DNA from: Perkinsus olseni
Taxonomy: Eukaryota
Assembly: GCA_013115125.1 (NCBI GenBank)
Contig: JABANN010000139.1
Location: 1-63,080, forward strand
Direction: 5' to 3'
Length of the DNA: 63,080 bases
A model generated the notes under the pieces. That model was not told where the DNA came from and did no database searches. It saw nothing but the letters and a program-made list of their open reading frames with translations. The translations under genes were made by a program, and so were the position numbers. Positions 12,853-25,397 of this stretch are shown one piece after another; the stretch's first letter is position 1; every line of letters starts with the position of its first letter.

Positions 12853-12918
12853 CTCCCAGTCTGTAATCGTAGTCGACCCACTCTCAGTAACAACACAGCG
12901 CTTACGGTACACAGAAAC

Positions 12919-13487
12919 TCAGTTCTTCGCACTGCGTTCATGGCCATCAATCTTCAAACCCTCAGCCGCCAGACGGCCGTGGTCTTTCATGCACTTCCGA
13001 AACTCGACCAGCTCTGTCTGGCACTTGCGCCAGTCGCGATCGTTGTCAACGATGCAATCCTCCAGTGCAGCGTAGGACTCGGAACCTGATCGGGCATGCC
13101 CCTCCGTCGAGGCAGAAGCCCGTGGCAAGCCAGAGGTGGTGATTCAACAGATTAAGGAAACTAATTGTTCGACTACCCATCTTCCGGGACCCACACATAA
13201 ACACTGGGGGTTCATGAACGAGCATGTAGCACTCCTCGCACAGCCGTCAATTCAGGAGGGCCTCGTAAACGAACACTTCTTCCGATGGATTTTCTCGCCC
13301 CCAAGGCTCGGGGCCAGAGCTATCATCTCTTGTTTCTCTGTCGCGTGGTAATGCTGCCATGCTTACATCCAGTCTCGTCGATCTTATCGTCCACATCCGG
13401 TGAATCATACAGCCCTTGCAGGTCTGGTACAGCCTCAACTGTACCATTTCCACTCCGGTCTGCGGACGGCTTCGCGATACTGGACAT
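12919..13487 (-). CDS. COA4: Twin CX9C/CHCH protein, COA4 (Cmc3/CHCHD8)-like
   Basis: Two exons with the Cys codon split by the intron: DVDDKIDETGC-SESYAALEDCIVDNDRDWRKCQTELVEFRKCM, matching the COA4 C-x9-C...DWRxCQ-x8-C pattern. Confidence 0.75.
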
Positions 13488-13712
13488 ACCGAATGGGAAG
13501 GTAAAGGGCTTGTCAAGAACGGGGTCCCACACTGGGCACGATAGGTTCGACGCACAGCAGTGATAAAAGAGATGAGAAATCCGATCCCGGCGGGACGTCC
13601 CCCAGAAAACGTCACAGAGAACACAACGACAAGATCCTTCCGAGACTGATAAAGAGTTACGTATGACGACGTCTACTAGGCGCAGTGGGGCAGTGGACTC
13701 GCCGTGGCAACT

Positions 13713-14682
13713 TCAATCCTTCTGTTGCTTCTTCTTGTACCTACGATAGGCGATTGCAACGCCAGCTCCCGTCGTAAAGCGCTCGAGCACCCACCGTCTC
13801 ATCATGCTTTCGAGCTGCATGTGCATCTTCGGCTGCCCCTTCTTCGTCCTTGCCGACAGCAAGCGGCCATGGGCCCGTCTGAAACAGTTGGAGCCCGGTA
13901 AAAATTTGGGAAACACGACCGGGGTCACCTCGCTTTCGCAGAGCGTATCTTCTGATTCTTGATCTCCTCCTCGCGCTCCTCGAATTCCTTCTCTCGACGT
14001 TCGCGCTCTGAAATGTACGAACGCGAGCAGGTACGCCCCTTAACCATGAGAGTGGTTTCGAAGGGTACCAGCTTCCCACCGCTGGTATTGTCGCTGTTCC
14101 TTCTGGAAGGGGTTACTTCGAGCATCGAAACCCTTGCCTTCTTTTTCTGGCTCGGCCGCCGCTGGCAACTCACCTGATTCCACCCATGCGACCTCTTAAC
14201 GATGCATTTCGCCTTACTAGACTCCACGTCATTCTCCTCCTTATCTTGAAGAGCTTCGCTCATCTCATCGTCATTCGTCATGAATTCGTTCACAGATTCC
14301 TCGTTCTCTTCCTCAAGGACCACTGGCTCCTCAGCGATAGGTTGCTCCTCCACAACAACGTTGGTCTCTCCCGTCGGTTCAGTCACCCGAGGCTTCCCGA
14401 AAGGGTTGAACAGACGATCTGACAGCAACCGCATCGACCATTGAAAACAAAAAATTGGAAACCACCCTCATAGTCCTCTCGACTGGTGTTAATACTCTCC
14501 GACTTCTCCTCGTGCTGCAGCATCCGATGGTACCTGAGCAGAACACAGTCAAACATTGTGCAGTGGAGACAAAGTATACGTTACTTTTTCATCTGCTTCG
14601 CCTTCCTCTGGAACTTGTGTTGCTTTTCTCGTTTTTTGAACTCATTGTAGCCCGTTGATGGCTTCGACCGAGGGGGAGCCAT
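13713..14682 (-). CDS. FYV7/TAP26(CCDC59)-like rRNA-processing protein
   Basis: Basic N-terminus MAPPRSK...KFQRKAKQMKKYHRMLQHE, acidic middle, then a coiled coil and C-terminal LSARTKKGQPKMHMQLESM (TKKGQP motif). The 3' end is approximate. Confidence 0.65.
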
Positions 14683-14905
14683 TTGACGTGTTAGCCGGGT
14701 CGTCGAACAATCAACTGAAAGAGTCCCGCGGAGCTCGGACTAAGACCTAACACGACACTAAGAGGGGTCATGGAGACACGGGCCAGCCTAAGCATTTGCG
14801 CACCAGTCGGCCTTCCCTGTTTGGCGCCACTTTTTTGGCCGCCGCAAAAACGCTTATCGTAAGAACAGAATTGAGCAAAAAGTAGAACAACCAAAGCACA
14901 GTCCC

Positions 14906-16629
14906 TCAGGAGGACAATCGCACGGCTTGTTTGCGGTATTCTTCGAACGCGATGAACGCGATGGTCGTGTAAGGACCGATACGAACCTAGCAAGAGAACA
15001 TAGCTGGCACACAGGGGTGACCACGGATCGGCCACTGGCCTTCAACGGGTGACTGGAGTTGAAGCATAGCTAGCAAAAGAGAGAAGGATGCCTCTTACCC
15101 AATTTGGGATGAAGCCTTTGTAGACGGCAAACAACCCTTCAGACTTGACCGTTTTCACTAGGCAGTCTGTCAACCCACGATACGCTCTGAACCGAGAAAA
15201 CAGAATATTTGCCTGGACATCTTCCGCTTCGTTTGGCCGCGAAAAACGAATCTCACCTCCCTTTAGTCAAGTCTTGGTTCATCAAACGAGTCTTTGCCAC
15301 ATCTACCGGAGTGCTGACGACTGCGGCGACGAAACCAGCGACCATTGAGGACACAAAGTAACTGAAAAAGCGACCCTCGCAGGAAAAATGGCGTCGTCAT
15401 CAAGCCCACCTGAAGGTGTTATCACCGAACACTTTCACGATCTCTTCCTTGCATTGATCATAGGTGGCCAACTCGGCGGCGTTGACCAGAAAAGCTCTCT
15501 GCATGTTTGGTATGACGCCAACACTAACAGACACGCCTCCAGCCGCCGACGATTCTCGAGCCCCTTACCTGATGCCCTTCAAGCCTTCAGTGGTATACAT
15601 TTTGTAAAGGCCGTCGAAAACATTGCGATAGCGACGTTCCGCGCCGACCTTCAAGTCACCTTGCATTCTCACCTATCAGTGAATTAAGGGGATTCCTCCT
15701 CGGAGATGAAGCTCACTTTGATAACATCCACGGGATTGATCATGGCCGACCCCAGGATTCCACCGACCCCTCCCGCGAGTATCTTGACCTTGAGCGACGC
15801 TGAGGATTCTGATGGAGAGTAGGAAGCCGACTAGTGAAAACAGTCCTCTACAGCTGATGACAGTATAGCTCGTGTGAACTGTTGATACCCGTGGAGGCCT
15901 GTGTCGGCTCGCAAGTCACTCGTTTTGATTCAAAGACAAATACGGACAGCGAGTACCATGCAGCGGAAAAACATTAAGTGAAAGCATATCTCCTGCTTTC
16001 GGAAACCAACGAACAACTGTGCACCGACAGACTGTAGTTTTGAGCGGATAGACTGACGACCGCCTCTTGCTCCATGGTCTCGCCGCCCAGGTACTATCAG
16101 GTGAAAAACCCCGACCTTACTATCTTCGCCCAACAGCTCGCAGGTTTCGTCCCTTAACGGCTCATAAAGAGCGAAGACAAGGCCCCGATACAAGCCTTGC
16201 CTCACGAGGGCCGCTGAGAAGCCCTTGTAGAGACCAGAGGATCCCTCGTTCTGATACACCTGAGACGAGAGTGACTCAACCTTGAATATCAATATCACTG
16301 AGGTTGGAGGCTCAAGTGAATTGTCGAGAAAAAGAGAATCGTTGTCGCTTTGAAAGCCACGCCGAGGGGAATTCGTGGACACAAGACCCAACTAGTGACC
16401 GAGGTCCACCTTCTTGATGGCATCAGCCATTCCACTGTAGCGCTTAACGCCTCCTGCTTCCCCTGAGAGCTGCAAACGCGTCTTCGACGTGTCTATCGGA
16501 TACCTGAGAGAAAGCATGGGAAGAGCGTTCACTGGACGAGGTCAACTACGTGAAAAAGTCGGCAGTCTGGCTGGCGAGAGCTCCAGCGACCGGTCTAACC
16601 CACCACTTCTCGTCGGCATGGGCTTGCAT
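14906..16629 (-). CDS. Mitochondrial carrier (SLC25), UCP/oxoglutarate-dicarboxylate carrier-like
   Basis: Three carrier signatures [20 protein letters not shown] and [10 protein letters not shown]. Also [18 protein letters not shown] and [19 protein letters not shown]. Confidence 0.9.
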
Positions 16630-16900
16630 ACTCAAGCGAAGCGGCGGGCTCAAGCGAGAAAAACTACAGCGGAGATCAGCGGCGTTGCACAGTGTGGACT
16701 GAACGCGGAATGATGAGTTGCGGGAGGTGTGGTACGAGTTTTGCACGCATGCGTAATCGAACGCAACCCGACACAGGAATCAAATAAAAATGTCTGACAA
16801 GTGAGCAAGAGATGACAATGGCAGCCACTGCTCCGTATAAAACTCGAATGGAGGCTCAACGGGCAGTCGCTCCTTAGAATTATGTCGCGCGCCGCGAAAA

Positions 16901-19900
16901 TCATGGAGACCAGATACACCGAAGGAACGCTTTCAACTCTGAACGAACTGCTGTCCCCATGAGGACGAGGTAGCCGCCAAACGCTGCCACTCCCAAGGCG
17001 AACATGAAAGGACCTAAGATACCATTGTGGCGCGCCTCAGCTTCCGACAAATACTCACCTGCTTTCAAGTTCGCCAGCTGGGAATGCAAGAGGTAAGCGT
17101 TGATGACGATGAGCGCGAGCGCGCACGCCCAGCAAACGCTCTTCAATCTACTGCCAATGACCCAGTCCTAAACCGAGCCAAAGTAGTGTCTTCCAGACGG
17201 TTCGAGCGAACTCACGTGGCCCATGACCTTGGCGTCTCCTACAAAGTGCAGCAAGGGGAGGAGTGCGAAGGGCAGCTGGATGGACTGGAGAATATTGAGC
17301 CAGTCATTCACTGCTGATAAAGATGCCGCTGACTCCCCCGCTGCGGTACTTTGCCATACCGCCACGACCAAGGCGGGAACCTAAGAGGTCCACCGCTCGC
17401 CCGTAGAATCCGATCAATCGGTCGTACCAGCGCTATCGATCTGGTGACCAGTAGTCGCAGCCACAGTGGGATGTGCAGACCCAAGAAGCCCTCCATAACA
17501 TACTGACCGGCGAGCGAGCCTGTTGAGAGGAAGAAGTAATTATTACGAAACGTGGGCCGGAACTACCAGTCATGGTGCTGGCCTGACCAGCCGCGAGCAC
17601 CCCTATCGCGAAGAGGGTGGCCGCGAACTCTGACGAGCCCACTAAAGACGCTAGAGCGGAACCGCCATTACTGAGGCCGATCGCCGTACAGAAACCTGAG
17701 GACGAGCTTGCCGAATGCTTTTTCCTTGCAAGCGTGCGAGTTCTCACCTTGCTGACCCATCGAGTTGACGCAGTTGCAGTCCTCCAAGGCGCATTCCCCA
17801 GCGGGCTCGATAGCTGCTGTATTGCAGCCGAGCGTACCGGAGGGATTTGTGGCGCAGTGTGGTGAAAAGAAACCCTGAGAGATCCTAGGTTGGCCGAAGG
17901 TGAACACAAAAGCGACGGAGCGAAGCGCGACGAGGGGGAGCAGTCCGCCCTTACCTGTGCGAAGCTGGTCATGATCGCTGTATTAATGAAAAACGAAACT
18001 ACCAGGGCGACGGCGGCGTCCAAGGAGAAATACACGTTCGCCTGTTCCAAGGCGCGCGGACTAAACGGACGGAATAACACGCGTAAAATCGTCCCAGCGC
18101 AGCAAGCACTACTTCCGCCGGTCAATCCGTCGTGTAGAGCTGATCAAAGCCGAATGGAGGTAGATGTTGTGCGGCATTATAACCGCTCCCACCACTCCGA
18201 CCATTTGCACAACGGCATAGGAAGCAACGGAGGGAATGAAACCTGAAACCAAAACGGAACCGCAGAAAACGCAGAGGAGAATTTCGTGGCGCGCGTAGCC
18301 GAACTCAAAAGGCTATCAAATTTTTCAACTGCCACCACCAAGTGACCGAGATCATTCTAGTGAGAGTGAGACATCGTCACCTCGACCTCCTCGGAATGGA
18401 CAAGATCGAACCGAAGATACTACCTAGTGCCACACTGATCGGCTCCGGTTTAACGATATCCAAGTTGGCAAAGAAGCAGGCGCACATTATCATTATAACG
18501 GACACAACAAAGCCTTCCAATACCCGAGTACCGTGCAGGTACCTGTGGAAGAATATCAGAGCCTCGAACGGTTCGAGTCGAACCGCCTGCTCCTGTGAGC
18601 TTACTGCGCTGCCAAAAACGTGAAGGTATCAGCAGCCGTTATAACACAGCCCATCCAAAGTGGGATGCCGAACAGCAGGCGGAAGGCCACGGCCGACCCC
18701 AGCACTTCCTGAAAAAAAGGCCGATCATCAGCCGAATGGATAACTGGGTAAGGATAAATGAATACTATATATCTCACGCCGCTACCAACTGGTGCTCGTT
18801 TAATTTTCGGAAAAAGTTCTCCCCATCCACTCTAAATTATTCTCCGTCAAATTCTCTTTCGCGAGCAGAAAATACCAAAAGACCTAACAATCCGTTAACA
18901 AATTGTCCTCAACTCCACGGTGGGCATGTCCTTCGCTCAACTCGAGAAACGTAGGAAATGCAATCGAAGAGCCAGCTCGAAAGATACTCCGGCATAGCCC
19001 CCACAGTGCCGCCATTTCGCCCGTCACTCCGCGTCGAATAGAAAAGAGGTTCCACCCTACTACTTGGATGTCCGAGCCAATGATAGCAATTTCGGTGAGT
19101 ATCCACAAAATCGTGCCCGTTCGCGGCCCATAACCTTCGCGACCTGAAACGACACCCATCGCCAAACGTAGAGAAGCCCCTCCTAGTACAGTGCTGGGCC
19201 AAGCTCTTCCCAGTTACAAAACCGAGCCTCGCGCTGAGGCACTGCAGCAGAAGGCCGACCGCATGCGCTAATAACATGACCCACGACAGCTGAAAACCTG
19301 TGTAAACCTGAGGATGGACAACGATGCGTTGCGCGTTATTTCCGATTCTTCCGTCACCCCCGATTGTAAATCTGCTTCTAGATTACCCGGGTCAAGATAC
19401 GCTAGGGACATCAACCACCCTGGACCGGCGTAGCGAAAAAACGTACCTACCCCATGGCAAGAGAGAATACACTACACACGGAATATTCCGGAGTCATTCC
19501 AGAACACCCCCTTCCAAGCTTCACGCGTGAAAAACGATACTATAATGGCCGCAGCCACGAGAAATTGCAGCTGCGACAGTGACCGCGGCTACGAGAATGA
19601 TAAATCGTACCAAGTGTCGGTGGGAACTTATTTTTGCCCATCACGCCCGAGCTACAAGCGTTTGATGGAATTTTACGAGTCGTCATTCGAAAGACTACAT
19701 GCCACCAGGAATTTCAGCCGCGGAACAGAGCGCCAGACAAGTCGTGCTCGCCGGAAAAGTCCAGCGATCGACCCCATGTTAGCACATTTTCCCCATAACT
19801 ACGCATCCACTATATCCATATATTACGCATGCTAAACTTAGCCTGACGTTTTTCGTCGCTCGGCAGGGCGTCAACTGGGCAGACCACGACTCTCCCACGG

Positions 19901-19986
19901 GCGATGTCCTCCTCGTCGCCCGACGACGCGGTGCTGGCCGTCGCTGTTGGCATCAACAGTGGCTCATGCGGTGCGGACGGCCCCAT
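16901..19986 (-). CDS. NRAMP: NRAMP/SLC11 divalent metal (Fe/Mn) transporter
   Basis: [21 protein letters not shown] (DPGN), [49 protein letters not shown]...GQYVMEGFL and [14 protein letters not shown]. Confidence 0.95.
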
Positions 19987-20145
19987 CAAGGGCTGGCGTG
20001 AATGTCAGAAAAATAAGAGCTTCAGAAATGTGAATCGATTAGCCCGCCCCCCCCGGGTTCATCACGCAAAACACTTCCATCCGAGGTCACAAAATTCTGG
20101 TAAATTCCATGTTTTCATTCTCCGAATTAGAACGGCTGTTTGAGG

Positions 20146-20969
20146 TCAATGGGCAGCCCTGAACGATGAGTTCCCAACTCCGTACCGATGCCGCTGGCTC
20201 GAGAAGTTACCTCTCCTTTGCGGGATAGAAGAGCGCCTGTCGTCAAAGTAAGATGAACGAGTGCCCTGAGAAGCAGCAAATGTCCATCTCTGGTTTATCG
20301 CCAGTTGTTCACAGACGCGAGATGAGTACAATAACTGCGGTCGTTGATACAGCAATGGTTTGAGCTACAAAGTGACACTGTCCTCCCAGAGTCTCACTAT
20401 TCTCGGCCGCCCGCGATCTCTGGTGATCTCGCATACTCTCTAGCGGACGTGTTTCTTACGCTCTCACACTTCGCGAAGCTACTTATGGATCCCATACTAC
20501 GTCCGCGGCCTACACATCTATTCTACCCGGAAGCACTTCAATCGACCAACCGACTACTACCTGATACCAATGCCTGGCATTACTATGCCGCCACAAACGA
20601 CTTGTACTGACGGACGGCCTCCATTTTGCAGCATCCCCGTCACTTCTTCCCCTGCTGAACCAAAGAGGGGGACGCCGACTGGACAAGGACACATCCGGGC
20701 AACGCTCCGCCTTCTTTCTCTGAGGAAGATTGTCCCGCACGCTCCCGAGAGCATCACCCTACTCGCGAGGCAACAACATCTTCCTTCCGGTAAGGTGGGT
20801 ATACTATGCTCCCCTGGTATAATGTAGCCGAAGACGAGCTCTGCCAGTAATACGAGGTTAAATCAGCCAGCGACGAACTCTCAGAACCCACCCGACTCGA
20901 TGGGAGCGCCTCAAAACTGTTGCGCATTTCCAACCGCCCATCGTCGAATCTGAACGTCATGGAGTCCAT
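20146..20969 (-). CDS. Hypothetical protein (multi-exon, poorly resolved)
   Basis: ATG at 20969 followed by a series of short ORF pieces. No recognisable domain. Confidence 0.3.
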
Positions 20970-21499
20970 CTAAATGCCGCAATTTTTTTCCGTTCTTGCG
21001 ATCGTAATTACCCTATGCAAATGACGTCGGAAAAAATCTCGAGTAAATCGAGCATGTGACGTTCTGTGCGGCTCTACTACATCGGTTCCGAGAGACCGAA
21101 TAAACACCCTCGATGCATAGAATGCTCAGTATTCTCCGGGCTACAACACCCAACGAACTCCATGAAGTTTCTACTGACGGCCCCATTACTCAATCAGACC
21201 CCTCGAATGAGCTGGATACGCTCCCAGGGTGTACACTCGGTGCAACAGACCGACAGTCGAGCATCCACCAGCGTGCTGTTGCGGAAGGGGAGCCGACATA
21301 GGCCACAACTTGACCCAAAGATTCGCCCCCCACTGGAGTCAAGTTCAACACAACACCACTCGTAGCTAAAATCGCTTCTCTCCTGGCGACTTATACCCCC
21401 CGTGAAAGAGGCTGCGCAGATGGTCGGAAGTGTGGGTAAAAATAAAAACGCCTCCTCAGATGGCTGGTACGTCTAAGAATATCTGGTAACTGCGATAGT

Positions 21500-22293
21500 C
21501 TATGAACTCTCCTTCGGGACGTTGCCCTCGTTCTCGAGCTCCTCCAGGAGCTGCTTAGCATCCGAGCACCTACCACACGCCCATCACAATTTAAAGTACG
21601 ACGAGACAACTGACCAGGGGCTGGCCTTTCGGAGTTGTTCGATCTGCTGCTCGGTAGTGAGACCTCCCTCGGGTAATCCCAAGTACTTGATGATATCATC
21701 AGGGGTCTTCTTGCTCACCCATGATGCAATCTGACGAATCTACGTACTAGCGCAAATCGCGAGGTCCGATCTACCTTCGCGCAGCACAACAGGACAAGCG
21801 GGCGAACCAGCATGTAGTTGGCAGCCAACATCAAGTCGAAGACCTCAGTCTGAAAAGAGACAACCTCAACAGGAGCTTGACGATCCCCCAACGCTACTTC
21901 AACGTCCTTGTTGACAAACTCGGCATCCCACTTGCAAACGCCGTTTTCCGTGAGAACTGCTCCTCGGCGAAGAGGCTTATTAATTTGACCTGTGACGACC
22001 ATCTTGCCAGAAATTCTCGGCGGTTCCACTCACCAGCGGCGCCATTCTCATTATGATACTCAAGGTACTCCACTATATTCTTCAGTTCACGGGAGTTGAC
22101 GCCGGGCACGGGAAATTCCTAAAAACAACTCCTACAAATTCAACAGATTCGGCCGCGGACCGCTAACCTCGCTATTCTCTCCACTAGAGCCGTCCAAGTA
22201 GTTCGAAAGCATATCACACTGTTTGGCAGCTTCCGCTGATATCTGGACGAGCTCCCCATCTTTGGATCGGAGAGAGAGGATACGAGTAGCCAT
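21500..22293 (-). CDS. SKP1: SKP1-family protein (SCF adaptor), divergent
   Basis: MATRILSLRSKDGE...FPVPGVNSRELKNIVEYLEYH...KWDAEFVN...VFDLMLAANYM...LLCCAKIASWVSKKTPDDI...PW. Confidence 0.88.
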
Positions 22294-22755
22294 TGGTACG
22301 GTACTGGCAAACTGCGAACGCACCAAAAGACCCCTCACCTCGGAATCTTGCGCTGTTGATGAAAGCTGGTGATTGACCGAAAGTTCGACTACGACCAGGT
22401 TAGACGATCGGGCTAGAGCGCCGAGCAGCATCCCAGCGAAGCCATCAACGCAGCGCTATTACAATACTGCAGTTGTCTCTTGATGAGCACACGTATTTTG
22501 ACTGCAAATCGCAAAATCGATCGGAATGACGTGCGCTAACATTACTGGCGTATCGTGCTCGTCTCAAATTTCCATCTGAAAATCATCACTTGAATCTCCT
22601 CCGTACCCTGTAGCGATTCGGTCCTGGAGTGCTGCAATCTACCAGCTCATGTCTAGAGGCTCGTTGCCCCTCGTTCTTAGACGGCTTAGCCGTCACGGCT
22701 AACGGAAGTGCTGGCTGCCTGCCTAGTATTCGGCAGCTCTCCCTTATATTTCAAC

Positions 22756-23648
22756 ATGGTTATGTCCTTTCCCCGCGCTTTCTTAGCTGTCGCCGCGGTC
22801 ACCGTTCCCACCGTCGCGCTGGAGAGATCGGCCTTCGGAAGCAGGCGTTCTATACCTAGCATGAAAGGAGACCCGCGCATTGAGAAACTTCGACGCCAAG
22901 GAGTGAGGCTCAGGCGAAAATCCAAACGCGAGCTTGGAAAATTATTCTCTATAATCTTTCTATACACTAGCACCGCTTGCCTGCTCCATCGAATCGCTGC
23001 TGTCCTTGATTCTCTTTCATCGCAGATTCATGTTTCCGAGGGAACCACAGGGTGCGTGATCAAGCAGGAGTCCCCTCTCGAGAAGATGGCTTTCTTTTTC
23101 AAAGTGACCCCCGAGGAAGGCATCGTTCGCACTCATCTCTGGGACACCACCAAGGGAATGCATTACACATTGTAAGTCGTCAGTTGACTGCGACACGCTT
23201 CGCATGAGCGCTAGGTGTCACCTAGTAGGTGAATATCACCCTGCCCCTTCTCAGCGACAAGAGCCTCTCTGGCTTTCGCGCCGAAGTGGGGCCGAATGAG
23301 AGATCCCAACCCGGGAGTGTGAGCTACCAGGGCAAGAAGAAAGCGGGCGAGAAGGGAAAAGACTGGGCCGAGGTCGAGAGTGCGGGAGTGCTACCGTTCT
23401 CGCACCTAAAGCCGGAGACCGTGGAGACTATGAAGGCTCACGCCCCGAAGGACTTCCCCTACATCAACATTTACATGGCAACCGAGGAGTGCCTCAAAAT
23501 CGCGGAGGCGATCATGAACGACCCCCCGCAGGGGCATGAGCCTGGTAGTGACTGGATTGTTCAAGTTCACCGAGAGAAGGCTGACGCGATGAAGGACGTG
23601 CTGGATAGGATGAATGAAAACCAAAAGAGAGAGATGGTCAGAAAATAG
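22756..23648 (+). CDS. Lineage-specific secreted protein, paralog A
   Basis: Signal peptide-like start MVMSFPRAFLAVAAVTVPTVA, 3 exons. Similar to the gene at 24610. Confidence 0.7.
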
Positions 23649-23777
23649 AAACCTCAGGAGAGAATCTTTCGTGCGTTGTTCATGTTTATCATGTTGTTTA
23701 TGTGTGTGACTCACGGTACTATGCCTCGGCTCGAGTTTTTCTCACGAAGGAGCCACAGGGATTCCCTACGATACAGT

Positions 23778-23778
<1 letters not shown>

Positions 23779-23827
<49 letters not shown>

Positions 23828-23910
23828 CGGCCCAAAAAAAAAAAAAGTGATTGGTGGTGTTTTGTGGGGGGGGGGGCGGGGGGGGGCCGGAGGGGGGGGG
23901 NNNNNNNNNN

Positions 23911-23961
<51 letters not shown>

Positions 23962-24026
23962 CTCCCCCCCCCCCCCCCCACCCTCCCTCCCCCCCCCCCC
24001 CCCCCCCCTCGCGCCCCCCCCCCCCC
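23779..24026. other. Assembly gap (N x10 at 23901-23910) with poly-G/poly-C artefact flanks
   Basis: Homopolymer G then C on either side of the Ns, typical of no-signal reads in two-colour sequencing. Confidence 0.9.
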
Positions 24027-24609
24027 GCTTCACTGCTCCAATCAATAAAGCGATAGGTGCAGTTAGTTTAGAAGGCGCGCCGCTCGGCAGTCTCATCAAA
24101 GTTTGGCGCCTTGAGTGACTGACGAGCGCCGTCACAGTATGGCAGGGCCTCTTGAACGTCTTCGTTGCTGTTATAGTTGAGTTCGAGACTGGCGGATAGG
24201 GGACAGCTCGACGCGATCTTTATCACGTTCGGCAGACTGGAAGTGTGCATGTGTCAAATCCTCGTTCCCGCTCTACTACTCGCTGGCACGGTAGAGCAGA
24301 AACGTCCAGCGGGGATCGTACCGGAAAGTCTCTCCGAGTGAACGGGGCCAGCGTCTCAACCTGGATCGTGTAGAAGCAATTTTAACTTTCAACTGGGATT
24401 AAGTAGGGCATGGCGGCTCGCATGCTGTCTCAGCTGGTGCCACTCGAACCTTGAGTAGTTCCTTACGGTACGTACGAACGACCTTTTCTGGCGGTGCTTA
24501 CTGGTTCCATGCACGCAAACACTCCCACAGTGTTAGCGGCTCACACGACTCACTGCCATTCACAAGCTCAATACGGCAGATTGAGAAGGTTTCCTTGCGC
24601 TCTTAGCCT

Positions 24610-25397
24610 ATGTCCGTCAACTCCATGCTCGTGGTTCTCGCCGCCGTTGTCGCTGTCACTGTGGCATTGCGGAGCGCCGGTCATCGGGAAGAATCTCTCA
24701 GAAATCGCGGAGTAAGGCTCTCTTTCTCACTTTTTTACGGTTTCGTAATTTTTGCACTTCGTCGTTCGGCTTCGTTATTTTTCACTCCGCAGATATCTGT
24801 CACTTTGGACGGGTCAGGGTGCCAGATAGAGCACTCTAACAGCCATGACCTTCGGATTGCTTCTTCGATCTTCGCCTTTTATATGTCGGACGAGGAAGGC
24901 GTCACGAGCTTTAGGTTCGACGACTTCGATAGGAGCCAAGTGTTCGTTTTGTAGGTTTTAGGGGGTCTGCTTGTTCTCATGAGCATTTCTACTCACGGCT
25001 GCGTGTTACGCAAATGTCGTGCTTCATTGAATTAGCAACTGCTCTTTTCAGCGATAAGTTCCATGATTACTTCAAATTGTCGATAACCCATCTCACCGTC
25101 GCGATTGACAGAGGCGAAGGCTTCCCGGTTGAGCACACATGGCGCCTACTGGAAGAGAACGGTGTCTTGCCATTGCGGCTCCTTTCGCCGAATATCCGAG
25201 CAAAACTGAAACGAACTCGCACGACTTTCCAAGACTGTCTCGAGATTGTGGATGCGATTGTTGGTAACCCTCCGCCTGGATATGAAATGTATAAATATGA
25301 TGGTTACTGGTTGAGTGAATTCTACAGAAGAAATCTCGAAGTAATCAGGAAAGTTTTCGTGCAATTGCGGGCTAGAAAGCTGCTCAATCTGCTGTGA
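24610..25397 (+). CDS. Lineage-specific secreted protein, paralog B
   Basis: Signal peptide-like start MSVNSMLVVLAAVVAVTVA. Shares LRxxG/intron, GCxI, EEG, GVLP, T-x-[EQ]-[ED]-CL-x-I and NPPxGxE...W with paralog A. Confidence 0.7.

Noticed and set aside
23676..24135. Gly/Pro-rich ORFs, G-quadruplex or giant hairpin
   Set aside because: Homopolymer artefact around the N gap.
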